Source: an uncultured cyanobacterium (GTDB lineage: Bacteria; Cyanobacteriota; Cyanobacteriia; PCC-6307; Cyanobiaceae). From it: 64,000 nucleotides of DNA. The stretch lies in contig CAVXWZ010000002.1 of the NCBI GenBank assembly GCA_963765575.1, positions 224,001 through 288,000 of the forward strand, given 5' to 3'. This document shows positions 62,277 through 64,000 of the stretch, in pieces (the first letter of the stretch is position 1; every line of letters begins with the position of its first letter). The notes below the pieces were generated by a model. That model was not told the DNA's origin, did no database searches, and saw nothing but the letters and a program-made list of their open reading frames with translations. The translations under genes were made by a program, and so were the position numbers.

Positions 62277-63238
62277 GTGCTGGCGAGGGCCAATCCCGCC
62301 GCCAACTGCTCCAGCGCTTGACGCCAGTGTCCCGGCACCGGCCAGCATTCGCGGCGGGTGAAGCTGAAGGCAATCCCCTTCTCGCCGTAGGCCGCCTCGT
62401 TGATGAACACCGGCACCAGGGGGCCGGACTCGGCAGCGGGCGGCAGCACCGCCTCCAGGGGCAGGGAACGGCCGGCGCAGTCCACAAACACCGGCTCCTG
62501 CGGCTCCAGGGGATGCCAGTCGCGGTGCTGCAGCCGTGGGTGGATGCAGGCCTGCGGGCTGCCGGCGGCGTCCCGCGGCAGATCGAGGCTGCCCAGGTGC
62601 CGATGCACCTGCAGCTCGGGCGGCAGGCGCAGCTGGCCAGCGCGGGCCTCAGCCAACAGCGCCAGGGCAGCCTCCAGCGCCAGCCGGGTCTGGCGGCAGA
62701 TCGGTGCCTGGATCACCCCCTGGGGCACCGGTCCCACCTCGATCACCAGGCCGCAGGGCCAGCGTTCCACCAGGAATCCGGTCTGCGCTGAATCCGCCTC
62801 GTGCAGATAGATCGGCAGCCCCAGCCGCGCCTGCAGGGCTGCGGCCAAAGCCAGGTCGGTGGGCCGCCTCCCGTACACCACCAGGGCATTGCCCATGGCG
62901 CTGGTGGTGCTGTGCAGATCGAGGGCGACGGCACAGGGCCGCCGGCCCCGGGGGCCATGGGCGGCCAGGATCTCCCGGGCACGATCCAGGTCCGGACCCG
63001 TGGCGCCGGGATCAGCCAGCAGGGCGGGGTCGAAGCAGCGGTTGAGATCCCGCTCCAGATAGCGGCGGTTGCAGGCGTGGGCCCCGGGGTTGCCGAGCAC
63101 CAGCTGCAACGCCAGCCCTGCGCCATCCAGGCCAGCGGGGTGCCGCTGCCACTCCTGCAGCAGCCAGGGTGCATTGCGCTCGTTGCCGTGGGTGCCGGCC
63201 ACCACCAGCACCTCCGTCGCAGGCATGGCTGTCGTCAT
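62237..63238 (-). CDS. Aspartoacylase
   Basis: GTHGNE, RDLNR, DLHST, IEVGP and FINEAAY.EK. Confidence 0.92.
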   Translation of the reverse strand: MTTAMPATEVLVVAGTHGNERNAPWLLQEWQRHPAGLDGAGLALQLVLGNPGAHACNRRYLERDLNRCFDPALLADPGATGPDLDRAREILAAHGPRGRRPCAVALDLHSTTSAMGNALVVYGRRPTDLALAAALQARLGLPIYLHEADSAQTGFLVERWPCGLVIEVGPVPQGVIQAPICRQTRLALEAALALLAEARAGQLRLPPELQVHRHLGSLDLPRDAAGSPQACIHPRLQHRDWHPLEPQEPVFVDCAGRSLPLEAVLPPAAESGPLVPVFINEAAYGEKGIAFSFTRRECWPVPGHWRQALEQLAAGLALASTYSAGSAGRGSPL

Positions 63239-63347
63239 CGCTGCATCGGCTCACGCCCCCCTTCCCGATTGCGGCCCGGCCACGGCCAGGCAGCGCTGGT
63301 TTTCCCCGCCCGGGTGTCCGAGAGTCGAAGCCCGGCCGAACCCCATC

Positions 63348-64000
63348 GTGCTCCCTCCCCCCTGGCTGGTGCGCAGTGCCCGCAACCTCTGGCACTGGCA
63401 GTGGCTGCAGCTGATGGGCGGCCTGGGTCCCGCCGATGGCCAGGGGCGGTACCGCCGCCCCGCCGCCGCTTTCAGCGCCTGCGGCGATCCACCGGCCGAT
63501 GCTGGGGAGCCTGGGGCCCACGTGCTGATCGTGGGCCGCAGCTGCCCCTGGGCCCACCGGGCCTGGCTGGTGTGGAGCCTGCGCCAGCTGGGCGACACGA
63601 TCAGCCTGGTGATGGTGGAGCCCGATCCCCAGGCCGGCCGCTGGCGCTTCATTGAACCCTTCGAGGGCTGCGACAGCCTGGCCGAGCTCTACAGCCGCAG
63701 CGCCGCCCCCCCGGGCAGCCGTGCCACCGTGCCCCTGCTCTACGCGCGCCAGCGCAAGCAGGTGCTGGTGGGGGAGAGTGCACGGCTGATCGAGTTGCTC
63801 AACCGCTGGCCCTCCGCCTCCGGCCTTGACCTCGATCCACCCGAGCAGCGGCAGGCCACGGCCCCATGGCGCCAACGGCTGCAGGACAGCGTCAACGACG
63901 GCGTCTACCGCTGCGGCTTTGCGCGCAACCAGGCGGCCTATGACGCCGCCGAATCCGAGCTGTTCGCCACCCTGGAGGCCGCCGAGGAGCAACTGGCCGC
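63348..64000 (+). CDS. Glutathionyl-hydroquinone reductase-like GST (3' end off window)
   Basis: GTG start; CPWAHR, ATVPLL, ESA.LI and VNDGVYRCGFA..Q.AY. Confidence 0.88.
   Translation, partial: MLPPPWLVRSARNLWHWQWLQLMGGLGPADGQGRYRRPAAAFSACGDPPADAGEPGAHVLIVGRSCPWAHRAWLVWSLRQLGDTISLVMVEPDPQAGRWRFIEPFEGCDSLAELYSRSAAPPGSRATVPLLYARQRKQVLVGESARLIELLNRWPSASGLDLDPPEQRQATAPWRQRLQDSVNDGVYRCGFARNQAAYDAAESELFATLEAAEEQLA

Overview
High-GC picocyanobacterial chromosome segment, inferred Cyanobium / Synechococcus 5.2-like from rpoB-rpoC1-rpoC2, psbA, hli and gene order. (1) 0.1-9.3 kb: surface-polysaccharide locus with a GT8, a frameshifted kpsE, kpsM, a kpsT-like protein lacking all ATPase motifs, two paralogous sulfotransferase-fold proteins, and a Tat-exported GH33 sialidase coupled to an APH-like kinase. 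(2) About 12.56-23.56 kb: low-GC glycosylation island between divergent helY and bioF, which appears to supply both genes' 5' ends. It holds a GT2-GT4 fusion, a sulfotransferase, a sulfotransferase-GT90 fusion, a decayed glycosyltransferase, IS3, IS1595, IS5 remnants and an unexplained three-hairpin element. (3) bio operon with a triply frameshifted bioF, CTG-type junctions and no bioA. (4) Core backbone: rsmG, AKR, ferredoxin, SSS symporter, rlmN, rpoBC1C2, tatD, rpsT, hisD, rpiA, htrA, rimP-nusA-ylxR-infB, tRNA-Thr, psbA, aspartoacylase and a GST. Best leads: a 'hypothetical' that aligns by eye end-to-end with GpsA, the pseudo-ATPase KpsT, and a possible ABC-exported sulfated capsule with its own periplasmic hydrolase. 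All family assignments come from motif recognition by eye; no searches were run.
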